A stretch of 64,000 nucleotides of DNA from Trichoplax adhaerens (Eukaryota; Animalia; Placozoa), in NCBI RefSeq assembly GCF_000150275.1, contig NW_002060948.1:4758336-4822335 (forward strand), read 5' to 3'. Every line of letters starts with the position of its first letter. Position 1 is the stretch's first letter. The notes below the pieces were generated by a model. That model had not been told where the DNA came from. It made no database searches and saw nothing but the letters and a program-made list of their open reading frames with translations. A program made the position numbers and the translations under genes. Positions 14,076-28,720 of the stretch are shown piece after piece.

Positions 14076-14491
14076 TGTCACAACGTCGTTTGCAACAATC
14101 GAATTCCCGTTCCACACTTATCCTACTCTCCTCTGTCCTATAGTAAAACTGCCACCAGGCGTCACTACTCGCTCCACTTCAGCGAAGGACCTCGGTCAAC
14201 AGTAAAGGTGGACTAGAAGCGTCTGGATAAATTTACTAAACTAACTTTATTAGGTCTCCGTATTTTCCTCCTCTCTAGCGAGGTAAATTACAACCTCTTA
14301 TATACTTGTATCAAATCTACACCTTTTCCACCTATTAATTATTCTTATACATAACTTAGTCTTTTCTATAACTTTGTAATCCTATTAATTACTATCGAAC
14401 AAATATGTGATAATTGATATTATTATGCGCTAATAATATTATAGCGCCAATTAACAATTTAAGATCTAACAGATTCCCTACAAGTGTGACA
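14076..14491 (-). mobile_element. Solo-LTR-like element (416 bp)
   Basis: Begins TGTCACA and ends TGTGACA (7-bp terminal inverted repeat). On the minus strand a TATATAAG box (~14300) precedes AATAAAG (~14250) and a GC-richer U5-like segment. No target-site duplication visible (gctcc / accgc). Confidence 0.5.
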
Positions 14492-15910
14492 ACCGCCATT
14501 TTGGTTATTACACGTCATTGGCATATTAAATACCTTACTTCTACACATTCGTTAATGGAAGTCCATTAACGATTGAACCTCACAATATTAACAGATCATA
14601 ATATTTATGATTATCTAATCGTAATCGTCTACTTCTACTTCAATAACATTATCACATAATATCTTAAACCGTAACAGCTCCTAAAATGATTATTTTGAAA
14701 TTGGAATGTATTCTTTGATCGAAAATGTCAATAAATTTGTCTTTGAGCTACTAGCCTGATCACAAATTGAGTTCCATTCAGCAGTATCCTACCACCATAG
14801 TAAAATAAATCGGTGTAAGCATTCGATTAGAGAATTTAGTTTCCGTTCTGGACGAAGCTATTTCATAATATTGACATAGCAAACATTTTCAATTTCGAAC
14901 TGTAAAGTACTATACCAAACTGTCTTAAATTATTACAAATCTATTGCAGAAATCTCTCTATAAAATAGTATTTCATATCGCTTTTGTTCCATATATCAGA
15001 TTCGTACAAATTCTTGATATTGTATCAGGTACCAAACGAGTGTATGTAGTAATAGCGCTAATGTATTAACCTTATTATTTTACTGTAGTGCTAAGAAAAA
15101 TAATCATGGATAGCTCATTTGAAAATTATTAATAAACGATCTTAGTTTCATAAAAAACACTATAATATTTCATTTTGTTGACATTACTTGATTTTCAGCT
15201 GCTATAATGTGGTAACTGAATTAAACTGATGCAATAATTCCTGCGAATGCAGTTTAGTCTTTGATATTTTAATTAAATATTTGTCGGCTAATTAATCTCG
15301 TTAATAATGTATACCCCCAAAATGAATTTGATAGTAGAAAGTAAAATATGTTTAGTAATCTGTTTCAAATCCTTAGAGATAACAAAAGTCAAACAATAAA
15401 AAAGGAACGGTGTCCATGAATAAGGAATTGTGAGTTAAGAGAAGTCTCGACTGGGTACAACACATTATATAGACAATTAATAATGTATCAAGTTATAGAG
15501 TAACAAAGCTCCATTTGATAATTTAAACTTCAACAGAGGTCATCTAGTTCCTTCCAATCCATGGATAGAGTAAATTCTTATATTTTGGCGTGATTGTTAC
15601 CATATTAATGGAATTGTATCATGTTTCTATATAATGGAACATTGCTTATTTACTGTAGGATGCTATGGCAACTATAAAGAAATTATTTGACCTTTATACT
15701 TTACAGTCGGAACTTGCAACCTAAGAGTACGCCTAACAGTAATATAGCTGTATCAACATAATTCGACATTTCATTAATTGCTTTCCATAGCTTATAGACG
15801 AAAATACACGGTATCTAGACTCTAGATAATTATTTTCATTCCAACCAGTTGTTGGTTCTTTAGTCTAAATTATTGTCAAATTATTAGCAACGATTCCATC
15901 ATCAAAAATT

Positions 15911-16888
15911 ATGAACAATTCAGCTCTAAGGAATTCTACGATTATGACCATCCATACCCTATATAAGATTGCCAAAATCACCGAACAATGCTTAGCATTT
16001 ATAACTGTAGTTGCCAACGTTCAAATCCTTACACTTATTTTATCAAAGAAACAATTAAGAACACCCTTCAATGCTGCATTAGGAAGCATGGCCATGGCTT
16101 GCTTGGTATTTACTTGCACTTATTACTTTTTGGCTACGATAATTGACTTTACGCAAGCTACATTTCCTATTTTTAGTTTAGCTCTCTATCCTATTAGTAA
16201 TTCTACTATCTCCATATTGAACCTTCATGTTACCTTAATTTGTATCTTACGTTATTTTTTCGTCGCCAGTCCTTTTGCTTATCAAAAGTTCATCACTAAA
16301 AAATCGATTAGTATTATTTTAGTATCGATTTGGATCTGCATGCTTTCATTTATTTATGGCATGAGAGCAGCTTGTGGTTACCTAATTCGCTCGTATAATA
16401 CAACTACGGATCATTACGAAAACTATACGGTAGCAAGACAAATTTATTGCTTCTTGTATATCGGAATTGTTGCTATATTACCAGTATTTGCCATTTTTAT
16501 AACTTACTTTCAACTGCATCATATTATTAAACGCCATATCAACAATATCGATGATCAACGAAAAAGTCGAAGCAAGTCCTTAACCAGTCTACCAGACAAG
16601 GAATACAGTAAAGATAAGGCACTTAAACAAATGCTCTGTTTATTAATGATGTTTCTTATTTCGTGGATTCCATTCTTTATGATAAGAATATTTATTAAGC
16701 ATAGGATTCCTAACCTTACTCTAATCTTACTGTATCACGGTTCCTCCTTACTTGTTCATGTATACATATTTTTTTGCCCTCTACATCATGCTTATTATAC
16801 ACCTGATATTCGGAAAGAATTTCAACAATGGTTTAAAAATTTACCTGGTATTGTTGCTAAAGGAATTAAAAAGCTATTCTGTTTTTAG
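15911..16888 (+). CDS. Intronless rhodopsin-family (class A) GPCR, orphan, 325 aa
   Basis: Seven hydrophobic segments; LRTPFN after TM1, LRY at the DRY position, SPFAY in ICL2, SWIP in TM6, PDI before helix 8; N-terminal N-glycosylation sequons. Confidence 0.92.
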   Translation: MNNSALRNSTIMTIHTLYKIAKITEQCLAFITVVANVQILTLILSKKQLRTPFNAALGSMAMACLVFTCTYYFLATIIDFTQATFPIFSLALYPISNSTISILNLHVTLICILRYFFVASPFAYQKFITKKSISIILVSIWICMLSFIYGMRAACGYLIRSYNTTTDHYENYTVARQIYCFLYIGIVAILPVFAIFITYFQLHHIIKRHINNIDDQRKSRSKSLTSLPDKEYSKDKALKQMLCLLMMFLISWIPFFMIRIFIKHRIPNLTLILLYHGSSLLVHVYIFFCPLHHAYYTPDIRKEFQQWFKNLPGIVAKGIKKLFCF

Positions 16889-19800
16889 AATTGATTTTAT
16901 CGTTATTGCCATTAGTAGTGTAAATTAAGATTTTAAGTTTACTGCTCAAGGGCTGTATTTGAACAGCTTGTGACTAAAGTACATCTAGCTAAGGATCATT
17001 AACATCATTTCTCTATACTGTTTAGTAAAAAACTGCGATATATTAATAAGAATTTCTAATGCTTGTTTCTGTACTAATATTATTAGTACTAGTCTACCTT
17101 TTATCCTACAAACAGCTTTTTGATCAATGTGTATAATTTTACTACTATTAAGTATTATAGTTCAATTTCATACCACTTTCATGGTCAATCACAAAAGTAC
17201 TTTTTACTTGCGAGTAAACTCTTATAACAGAAGTCGTAAATTCTGTCATTTCGTGTAGCCAATATCGAATTTGATATGATACTGATTCTTAATGTGTAAT
17301 TTATGCGATCTAATATACTACATAATGATAAGATTTTAACTGGAATCAACTACTATAGTTATTTCTTACTTCTATCGCGATTTAAATCAGGTGATAGTTA
17401 ATTCTCTTTTCTTTAAAGATTATAACATAATCTGATAAAAATTAGCAATAAGTTATTATCGATTGTCATTAAATAACTGTATGACAAGTCATAGTAACGT
17501 GAAGGTCTTCAAGTTTAATTTCTTTAATACATACTTGTAACAAATTATTTAACTTCCTCATCGCTATTTTACTACAAAAATACTACCAAGTACCATAAAA
17601 ATAACATTTTATAGAACTTGTTATTACACAAATTGCATGCATTTATATATAAATTATTTTCCCTTTAAATAACTTTAGGTTCTTCACTGTCGTTTACTGG
17701 AGAATATGTCAATAGCTTGACTACTCCTAATAGAACTGTTCCATAGGTAATCATTGGCTAATGATTCACGCAGAATCTTGATTTAAGTAAAATTCCTGTC
17801 TGATTTAAGGCTTCAAACTAACATTTAATCACCTTACTACTTCTTATATTCAATAATATTCTATATTAAATACTATACAGTTGCAACGACCTATCCTAAA
17901 TACATGTAATAGTGGTAATATGGCAGTTCTAATTATAGACTTTATAACATTAGTTACTGTTACCGTTCAGTATTTTTAACGTATTGTAGAGAAGTATTTC
18001 ATCCGCAGATACTGGAAATTCTCGAGGTACTCCGACTAATATTCTAATTGGACTACTTCTACACAAATCATCAACACCTGACCGATATCTATTAACCCTA
18101 GGTTACTCTTTATTTGAGACTAAGTAATGATCCAAAACGACATTGAATATTATTTGACCTTAAGGTCTAACTGAGACAATATAGATCACGATGGATCTCA
18201 CTACTGAACGTAACTGAATCAAACAGCGCACACGATGGTGCTTAGACTTCTCATGCAATTATGATTACTTATGATTGCCGGTAACTGGCAACTACTAACT
18301 GCAACTCTGATGAATTTACTGAGTAGAATCGAATGAGTACTATCAAGTGACTTTTAGCTGATTATTTTCTATCTTATATTGATAGATAGAATAGTTTAGT
18401 GTTTGCTAATAATATCGCACTATAAATTACCTACTTTTCTATAAAGTTTGGTACGTTGAATAGAAAAAGTACTACTTTTTCTAGGGATTCATTTATAGAC
18501 TAAGATAGACGAATAGTTTGCTTTGACCTATGGGCAATAGGAGATCGCCAGTATTTGGGTCTCACTGAATGTAAAAATTGAGGAGCACAGGCATCATGAG
18601 ACATAATAGTAATCTCATAGCCTATAATTTCCCTGTTAAAGTTGTATTATTTCGTTAGAATTATTGTCATGTATTCATATTATTACTTTATATATTAGCT
18701 TCTCCAAGAGTACCTTGCGAATTAAATCTTTTAACTACGCAACTTGCGCTTATAGACTCCCACTAATATCTCAAAACGACGTCGTTATGATACGCAAATT
18801 TTACAAGCTACATTTAGAGCTATGATCCAGGCTATGTATTTGAGATAGTAAAATCTTAAACATCCATATTAAGAGTTATAGAATGATAACATTAATATTG
18901 AATATGATGTGCTCATCTAATTTTACCTCACAATTATATTATGATTACTTATTCCACAATACTGTACATATAAATTACGATTTATAATAGCGCTGCACCC
19001 GTTATTTATTTATTTATTAAACGATATTTTTTGTAGCTACTCTCTTACATTCCTATTATTATTAAAAATAGATTATAAAGAAGTAGATTCTATTCATTTC
19101 TAGCATGGCACGTTTCTATTTATTAAATAAATATGATTCTACTCATGTATTAGTTTCATTACTTAAACAAAAAGTATAGTTTTAGAAAAAAATCTTAACC
19201 ATTACTCCGTTGCTAAATTCTTTTCATTGGGCTTGTTTACTGCTATATAAGCTCTGCATCTATTAATGGCTAATTTAATATTAAAGAATTATGGCAATAT
19301 CTCCAAAGAGGTGGCAACGTTTATTTATTCACAAAATTGATAGTGTTTAATTTCGTTGCAATTAACTTCTATTTTCACTCTTAAGTATTAACATAATCGG
19401 ACCTCCACGTCTTAAAATCCTGGTAGAATATTTATAACCGGTAATTAACTATTTAAATTATTGATGGTATCATTAGTAAAGTAAACCTATCCACAATATT
19501 CGCCTTTCTGAAATTGGTGATTGAATATTCTTCCATTTGAGGATTCTTTTTTCAATTTCTATACTTCAGAATATGATATTAGCAATTGTTTATTACAGTA
19601 GTTCGATAAATATAAAAGAATTTACAACGATTTGTTCTTTATAATAAATTGAAAGCTGACGAACTTATAGTAAATCAAGAGTAAGAAATTTCCAATTTCT
19701 ATTCCCTGATGTAATTTTAACAGCCAGTCCCGTATATAGCGATAATAGGAAGACTTAACACTTTTAGTACTTAAATGATAAATTTAAACTTTATACTAAC

Positions 19801-22800
19801 TTGTTTAATTGCAATCGCTCGAAAATTATGATTATTTACTGGTTTTAATGTTTAATAATATGTCATAGTTTAAGAATTAAAATACCGTCTAATTAGTGAA
19901 ATACTGACGTTCAATAAGCAACTGATGGCAGTTATAAATTCGAATTATGCCGGATAATTTTCATAGACCAGGGATCCGCGAGGGTGTCTGGACAAACAAT
20001 AAAACCTTGATATGGTCGGAGTAATCGGAAGATGAAATTTTGCCGCTTTTAAAGTGTAGTTAGCATAAATTATGCTGATAAAGTAGATTAAATCTATTGA
20101 CGTTGTAGCCTATATTCTAAATTAAGTTAACAAACGATTACGGTGAACTCATTAGCATGATGAAATCAAAGGAACTTAGAATGCTGTTATGATTAGGGAA
20201 TGAATTGTAGCAAGAAGTGGATTAACTGAATCGATGGTGTCTATTCTATATTAAACTAAGTCAGTAAATGAATCGAATTTTTGGTAAGATAAGATTAAGA
20301 GTTACTTGAAAATTATCTCTTTATTTGAAAAATAAATAAGACCAAATATACTATTAGAATGAATCGACTAACTTTACTTATCTAAAATTGAGATACTATT
20401 AATTATCCTTAAAAATTGCGCTTATGATGAAAATAAGAGAAAAGCTTGAAAATCTTACCATGTCTAAAGAATAGTTTCCTCCTGTTAGTAGATTAAATCC
20501 TGTTAACACTTCGTGAAGTTTTAAAGTATGCTGGCTTTACTCATATATATATATACACATAAATGTCATGATGAGGTTAGAAGAGATCAAAATTATTTAA
20601 TTTTAAGAATGAAGTACAAAATAGTTTACTTTGTCGAAAGTATAGAAATTATAAAATGTTAATAATTGGTGATAAATGTATGAATCGGTAAAGGACTATC
20701 ATAACGGTGCTATAACTTAATAAGTAAATCATCTCAACAAATTAGTAAGAGAATTTTTTCCGATTGTAATATCATTCTACATTATTAGTATGCAATCGTG
20801 TGATTATCACCAAATTTTAGAAAAGTGCAGTATCTGATAAATTTACCATATAATTTCGAGAGTTTCGTGTATGTGCTAAGGTCTAAAGCGGCAATCACCG
20901 TTTAGGACGTGATATATGCTTAAATAAATAGATTTCTTCACCTATTGCCCGCCTGCACTATTTAAGTATGCTGTGTGAAGGATGTACATTCAAATGTTAT
21001 CCCAGCAGTAAGTACTTTATTATATCTGATGGTATGGTAGCTTGAGTAAAAATAATTAATGTATAAATTTGCCAGCTTAACCGTGGTGTTTTATTATTAA
21101 ATTAGAACTAATAAATGCAAACAATTTATTATCAGCTCGAGGGTAACTATCTAATAGCTCATATCTTAAAAATTTATTGAATCACGTACTGGTAGCAAAG
21201 TTAAAACTAATGTATTGATTTTGTAACGCAAGATTGCTAAAATGGATAAACTTTAAAATTATCAATACTCGTGATCGTCTTAAATATTTTAAAAATCAAA
21301 AATAGCCTGATATTATTCGTCTATCTAAGACGTGGCCCTTATATTCCTTCCTTTTAGAATAATTATAAGATGAACATAAAAACATTCATGCTTTTATAAT
21401 AGTAATACCGCTATGATTCCTGCCAATGTGGCAGCGCAATTGTTGATATTAACAAATGCATTTCTGTGTTGCTTCTCAATATTTAAATAGCAAGAACAAA
21501 AATAATAATATTGAACGAGTGTTACAGTGTTAAATACTGTATTACAGTAGAAATAACTATGTTAGGATAATTCTGTTAGACTATCCTTATTTAGTTAACT
21601 TCTAATTTGGATATAGTGTATTTTAATATAGCACTGACTTTTTATGACAGTGACACTTATACACATACTGAAATTATAATAGTTATAATAGGGAATGCAA
21701 ATCATCTGCTTACAGTTCGAATCATTGTGATTGTAATTTACTTATGATAGACTGTAAATTATCATGGAAATGTTCCGTGATAGGACATATCGTAATCTGA
21801 CTATTCTGTATTAGTTATAACATGTCTATGTTCGTAAATACTGTTGTCTGCATTAAGAGAGCAGTAGCTAAAATTAATATCTAATTCAGTAAATGATTCT
21901 AATGTTAATTGTATTAACTATGACTCATGAACTATTGAGGAATAGTATATAAATGCAGTATATCGTGAAATAAAGAAGAATTGTCCAACTTAGTGTTTAA
22001 CGTAAAATACGAGGCGTTTAAGTCTTTGTGTAGTCTGCTAGTAGAGGAAAAGTGCTCGTGATAGTGCAGATATCGTTCCTTGATACGTAGTTCAAGGAAT
22101 TGACTTATTTGATCGTAGATTACGTTATCTTGTTGCAAAGCTGTTTTGTGACAACGAGTAATTGATTTTGTTTTAGTTACGAAAAATACGTACTCTTCAT
22201 AATATATTTAAAAGGGTAGTTTAATCATTTATCTTTTAATTTTAAATGGGACTTTTGAAGGACTATTAAAAAAAAAATAAGTCGTCGTCAAGAAGGCATT
22301 TAGTTGCACGATAATTGCCGGTAATTCTGACGAAGATAATATTCATATTAACATCCCCTTATGTTTTCTTGATATATCATCATATCAATCTTAATATGGT
22401 ACAATATTACATCTTTTGTACTGTGAAAGGAATCCCATTTCTTTAATACTTACTATCGATATACTTTGATTTATTATACAACGAGCTATAATTACTTGTT
22501 ATTGCATCGATAACAGATGATAGCTTAAAATACAGTTAAGAAAATGGTGTGGTTTGTCTTTTAATTAGCAAACATTTATTAGCAGCAATTGTCTTTAATA
22601 TTAAATGTCGATATTGGCACACTGATATAAATATGTTATTTAAAATTTTTAAAGTAAAATATTGAACTTAACTGCTGTATTTGTCGCTGTAGCCTAGTAT
22701 TTTGCTTATTATACTGTAATTTCACTGGAGATTATTCTGGGCTAAAGGATTAAAAGGAATTAAATGACTTGATTTGTTTACATACAAATATAAATAAGAT

Positions 22801-25414
22801 TAATTCATGCAGGTTATTGTTTTTTTAATTTTGACACTTACTTATATCTTGCCAAAGTAATGATTAAATCTGAAGCGTTTATAAAATAATCACTGCAGCC
22901 GGCTAATGATAAAATTAAAATCTGAGAATAAATACTATAAATAAAAAGTGTTTTAAAGTATGATATAATTCATCCAGTCCTGAATAAGTTTTTCTATCAA
23001 TAAATCTAAAATTTGCCAATAGTTTTTAACGTAACCCCGATAATCAGTCTCGATGGTAACGGTTGGATGAACATACAAAATTATTTCATATTATGTACAA
23101 AGTAAATTATTTACTATTTATAACTTGATGCGAGTTATTGAAAACTATAAACGAGGCTATCGCAGCTGTTAAGTATGAAAATTTCCTTTAACTTACCTTT
23201 AGAAATCAAAGTGTTATTACTATAGCCTTTAAAGAATCATCAATTAAATGTAAAACTTGTGATAGTAAACACAAAAGATAAAATCCGTCTATAGTCGATT
23301 ATGTAAAATCACCCAGTATAAAATTGGGCTCCTGATAGGTCGATTGCTTGATCTTACATTTAAGATAACTATAACGCTAGTTTAAAATTGTCCCTGAATT
23401 TAGACCTAGAAAATTATAGAAGACAAATAATTTAGAATTGACTATTACAGCCTGTTTATACATAATCTAAATATAGATCATCAAATAAAACCTTTTATCT
23501 ATGATCTTAATGAATTTTTATCACAAATAAAATGTCTAGAAGGGCTAATTAATCAAATTGGTGAAGCGAAATTTTATAATAATTGCTGTTAACTTATTAA
23601 TTCTTTATTTAAGGAGTATGAAATCGTTGAGAGAACTCACAAACTTAAGTACGTTTATTGAAATAAAAATTTCAAAATTTAATTCCTTATTTAACTGTTC
23701 ATAATGTACACAACGTTTCGCCATGATGTACGTATGGGCATAATAACATGTTTAATGCTTTACATAGAATCTGTTTAATTACTTTATAATAATTCATTAA
23801 TTGTAAACACATACGACCAAAATAGCTCTAGAAATTATAAAGTACGCTGATTATTGCATGCAATAGAAGATAAACTTAACGAAATTTTTCCTGAATCATC
23901 CCTAAATATAATAAGTTCAAAGTTTTAGCAATATCTTAGTACTTGTATAGCTACGTGTATTGATATAAAATAAAATGATAAGGGATATTAATTATACAAT
24001 ATCGATAGGGGTAAAAGGAAACAAACAGTTTATTCCTAGACCAATCTTGCTGGGCTAGTCTATCAATATATGAACCCAGTAAATAGATAATACTAACTTT
24101 CTGTAGCAATTAGTTTAATTGAAAAAAGTTATCGATTGCGAGTGTTACGATCGAAGTATATAATGCAGGGTATGACTTTTAAAGCTATCAATATTGAATT
24201 ACAGCCTAAATAACAATCATTGATCATAAAAGCAGACATTAGAAATATAAACCTTAACAGCATTGATTTATTAAACTAATGAACAGAATATTTTAAATTT
24301 CAATCAAGAAATTAGGTACTGTAATAATAAAAAGGGATTATGTAATCCATAACCATAACAATAAAAAAATGGAGGGAATAATATCCCGAGAGTATCTAAA
24401 TAATGGTAATATAATAGTACTTCTATTATGCGAATATTAGTGCAATCGTAATAAAGTATATTAAATGATTTGTACTCAGAACTACTCCTGAAGTTCTGGT
24501 ACTATAATAATCTACCGTCTGACATTTTTATTTTCAAGATCTAACTTACTTTAAGCTGGCTATCTGAGCTTTAATTAGGCAGACAGCAATTTTTTTAATG
24601 CAATTCAAAACATATTGATTAATTTTATTAATTAATCATCTGAGCTATATTACAAATATAAATCTGCCAATAAGTATTATTTATATCTGCATTTGATATT
24701 AAGTTACCATGGTGATCATAAAATGCCTGTAACATCGTAAACATTGAGCAACAACATTTCTTCTTAAATAAGCAAATCTGACTCTAGCAAGAGCAGATTA
24801 TTAAATATAGTAGACTTATAGAAAATTAGCATCCATGTCAATACTTGGTAAATTTTCATTCTCGTCTTAAAGATCGGCTATTATGAATTCATATACTGTC
24901 AGATGATAAAGGATATTAAATATTAGAATAAAGTAATAAAGAAATCAGATATACCGAAGGGTAAGCCGCTATCATATTCATTCATTTATTACTGAGATTG
25001 TTCTCTTTTGGTAAAGATGGAAGTATTTCCTTTGTTAGCGCTATTTATTCTTAAATCGAATAGGACTATTACACCGTTATTAAATCACATGGACTAAAAA
25101 TTCCTTGGAATTCATAAATACGAATATAATAGTGAGTTGCAAAACAAGCATTAAATAGACTGCTGAAGCTAATAGAACGAGAATTTCTATCAGAAAGGCT
25201 CATCCATATTTGGAATATCAGTTGATATTTCCGGTAGGCTTATATAACAGTAAGTACAAAAATAACGATTAAGGTAGCGTAATACAATCGCTGCGAATAA
25301 GAATAGAATAAACAACTCTAGATTTAGCCAAAGTTTATAAATAACCCGATCCAAATCCATTTGGCAAGATACTAATTTTTACGATTGCAGTTCTCTTATG
25401 TTTATCGTATTACA

Positions 25415-26380
25415 ATGGAAAATGGAAACTCCAGAAATTCAACTAATAATTCGACATTTTTCGTTCACTTGTTAATCGCTTTCCGTGTATCGACGATTAT
25501 CATTAGTATATTAATCGTTGCTATTAATCTCTTTTTCTTTCTCTTTATTATGTTTTGTAAAACGTTGAGAACACCGTCTAATGTTCTTATTCTGTCTATG
25601 AATTTATCTTGCATTATTGCTGCTTTCACATTTATTTTACCTATTGCCATCGTTAGAGGTGTCAACATACCTTTAGTATGCATCATATTTTTGCCTCTTG
25701 GTGACTCATCAGCACTCATGGTTAATATCCATGCATGCTTAATATGTCTAGAACATTATTTTTACTTGACACACCCGTTCCATTATCAACGCTATATATC
25801 GAACAAAGTAGTTATTGGTTGTTGTATCATATTATGGATTTTGGTTCTCGGATTAGTTACAGCTTTGTACGTCATGTTAGACAACTTGCAATGCCCAGAT
25901 TGGACTGCTAATTTAGCCCAGGATAGAAAAAGATTAATTATCTATACAGTTGTAGCATCGGTGATGACTGGTTTACCTTTAATAACTATGCTATATACTT
26001 ATCTGAAATTACATTATTTTATATTACAACATTTAATACGAATTGATAGTGAAATCAGCCATTTTAACCGTGAAACCATCATTACTAGGAAGCATAAGGT
26101 TTTAAGAAGAATGCTATTCTTGCTAATCAACTTTTCTGTATGCTGGCTACCCATCTTAATAACTACATTAATTATCTTTAGATTTGGCTATAAATCCCAG
26201 ATCTTAATTGCTATACGTAACATTAGTTTCGCTGTAACTTATCTATATTCATTAGCTGGCCCTTTAGGATACATTTTTTGCTGTCCAGATATCGCGAAAA
26301 AGTTGCGTCGATGGTGGGTAGCGATATGGTCTCATCGGGCTTGGCCTTCTTCAGCGAAGGTTGGTAATGTCGCTCGCTGA
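25415..26380 (+). CDS. Intronless rhodopsin-family GPCR, orphan, 321 aa (ATG at 25415)
   Basis: 7TM profile; LRTPSN, TM3 Cys (LVCIIF), EHY for DRY, HPFHY, CWLP, GPLGY for NPxxY; glycosylated N-terminus NGNSRNSTNNST. Confidence 0.92.
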   Translation: MENGNSRNSTNNSTFFVHLLIAFRVSTIIISILIVAINLFFFLFIMFCKTLRTPSNVLILSMNLSCIIAAFTFILPIAIVRGVNIPLVCIIFLPLGDSSALMVNIHACLICLEHYFYLTHPFHYQRYISNKVVIGCCIILWILVLGLVTALYVMLDNLQCPDWTANLAQDRKRLIIYTVVASVMTGLPLITMLYTYLKLHYFILQHLIRIDSEISHFNRETIITRKHKVLRRMLFLLINFSVCWLPILITTLIIFRFGYKSQILIAIRNISFAVTYLYSLAGPLGYIFCCPDIAKKLRRWWVAIWSHRAWPSSAKVGNVAR

Positions 26381-27570
26381 GTTACTGATGTAAATTCATT
26401 GTGTTAATCGACTTGTATTCTGGTAAATCTTTGCCTCGTAGTCGATAATCCATTACTATATTGTATAAGGATATCACGGACCAATTTTAACTACAGTTCT
26501 AACTTTAAGCGGCCTTTACAATTTTTTAAATAAAATGCAATCAATTTTTTTTGGAGGTTTTATCATGTTATAAAGCGTGTTTAAGGTATACATATAGCAT
26601 TTTACTAAGTAGGAAAAATGTATTCATGATCGCTCATTTACTCAAAAGTATAGTGAGCATCTTTGTAAGATTTGTCTTAAATATGCAGTAGTTATTTTTA
26701 CAACCTCAGGTCTTTTTCTTCAATCGATTATTTCTTTGTGTGATCATTTTCAATTATAGACATGAACTGTTCGTTAATTATTTATTTTGGACATTTACTA
26801 TGGTAAACTTATTACATGTGGTAACTTTACTTTACAACTCGAAAGGATTGCTAAACAGGAATTTTTAGTATATAAACCTTAAGCTATCTTTACATAGTCG
26901 GTGGGTCACTGCTACAAGTGATGCCTTTTCTGTACAAAACCTGTAACTGAACGACCAGCGGCATTTGATAGCTAGATGCTGGCGACGAGCTACTGAAAAT
27001 ATCTAATTTTATATTTTTGGCCGTTCGTAGCTTAGACAATTATGATTATAAACCGTATGTAACATCCTATACATTAAGCGACAACACTTCTCCTTGTTTA
27101 AGCTAAATTCGCATCGTAATAATTAGCAAATGCTAAAAATCAAACTTTATTTTTCGTAGTCCTTAATATCTAGAAATTATGCTATTGACAACTGGTATTA
27201 ATCGAACAGACTATTAATTGCATATGCTGAACTGAAGCACTTGTGATATTAAGAAAAGGAAATTGCTCATGGAAGTGGAAATAATTTGTTGTGGCTTTAA
27301 CTAAAAATACGAAGCTAATATGCAGCATCTATTAAATATGCTTGGTTGTTTGCCATTAGTTAATTGTCTTAGGAAATTAAAGAATATTCAGTCAACTTTG
27401 ACGAAAGTTATTCTACAGTTTACTTTTTAAATTTGACGTTTGAAACAATTATAAATTATGCAAATATTGCTATTGTCCAATATATATTATGCGGTCAGCA
27501 TTAATGATTATTGTCGAACATGACATGGTGGAAATTGATAAACATGTATGCAGCGAAAATTATACTCATT

Positions 27571-28720
27571 TGTCACACACCACTAGTGACAAAGTAGACT
27601 ACACACGCCAGTCCTTGCGGAGAACGCCACTTACTGACTTAAAGAGGCGAGATTAGCTATATCACTGTGATATATACCAATCACGAAATTCCAAATTTTA
27701 GAAAAATAAGGGCTTTATTGAATCTTATACAAAGATTAATTACACAGCTCTACTCTAGCCGAATACTACTACTAAAGACTTCTACAACGAACTAACAGAA
27801 TAATCTAAAGTTGCATGCTTTTATACCTTCCATAGCATTCGCAGCTACAATCCGCATGGCAACCTTTTACCTTATTTTACACATAGTTAAATTATTCTTA
27901 GTAAGACTATTCTACTGCGGACCATCATTAACCCAATATGGATACGACTACAGTACTTACGTAGACATTATTCACACCAGCCAAAGTACAATGAATTAAC
28001 CATATCCTAATATATGATTTACAGTTCTATTTTTACCTATAGCCATATTAGTAACTCAACAGCTTACTGTATATAGTCATCTGTACTCTAGCATAGAGTC
28101 TCTACCACTACAGTCTATAGTTGCAGCTACCAAATATCTCTTAGGATAAATATCTACCGTACATTATACTACACATGGCTAACAGTCTACAATCACAATA
28201 CTAAGTTACATTACAATCACCAAATAATTCAGTTCCGATGACCGAATGCTATAGTGTATTTATAGTGTCACTGATAGTGTAGATAAGGTAGTCAGAGATT
28301 TACTACTATTTATTACTGAAGAAATCTTGGCACCCAAGATTATAGTCTTTACAATTCAATAGCAATTGATAAACTAGTTGGCTATCTAACGGACTAACTA
28401 ACTAAAAAGGGGTCTTCAGGCACCAGCCTTTTATAGTCTCGTCAGAAACTCCTAGTGCACATAAAGTAAAACTATCCTTCTAAAGTTATATGAAACTTAT
28501 TCAAAATTTTTACGCAGCAATTGTTAGCGGTAACGATAGCGTCTGTTTTTTGTATGCTCTCAGTCAACTGAAGCGAGATCGGCAGCTAAGCTTCCACGTG
28601 AATATCTACCTTTATTCTGATTTCTCACCTCCTTATATACTGCACAATACAGTACCTATACTGATCTAGTACGGAACAGAACTAGTGCCGTTAAGCTCTG
28701 TCACGTTCTGTAATAGTTAC
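27571..28720 (-). mobile_element. Possible older LTR-like element interrupted by the 27666-28215 insertion; right boundary uncertain
   Basis: Starts TGTCACA at 27571 and resumes after the ATCAC duplication. Minus strand has TATAAAAG (~28410) and AATAAA (~28310). No flanking TSD found. Confidence 0.3.
27666..28215 (-). mobile_element. Solo-LTR-like element, copy 1 (550 bp) with 5-bp TSD ATCAC
   Basis: TGTGAT...ATTACA termini (imperfect inverted repeat, TG..CA), flanked by ATCAC at 27661-27665 and 28216-28220. AATAAAG on the minus strand near 27715. Near-identical second copy at 30843. Confidence 0.72.

Noticed and set aside
27811-27999. Duplicated 62-aa ORF (also 30989-31177)
   Set aside because: TTG start, lies within the LTR-like repeat; the similarity reflects DNA duplication only.
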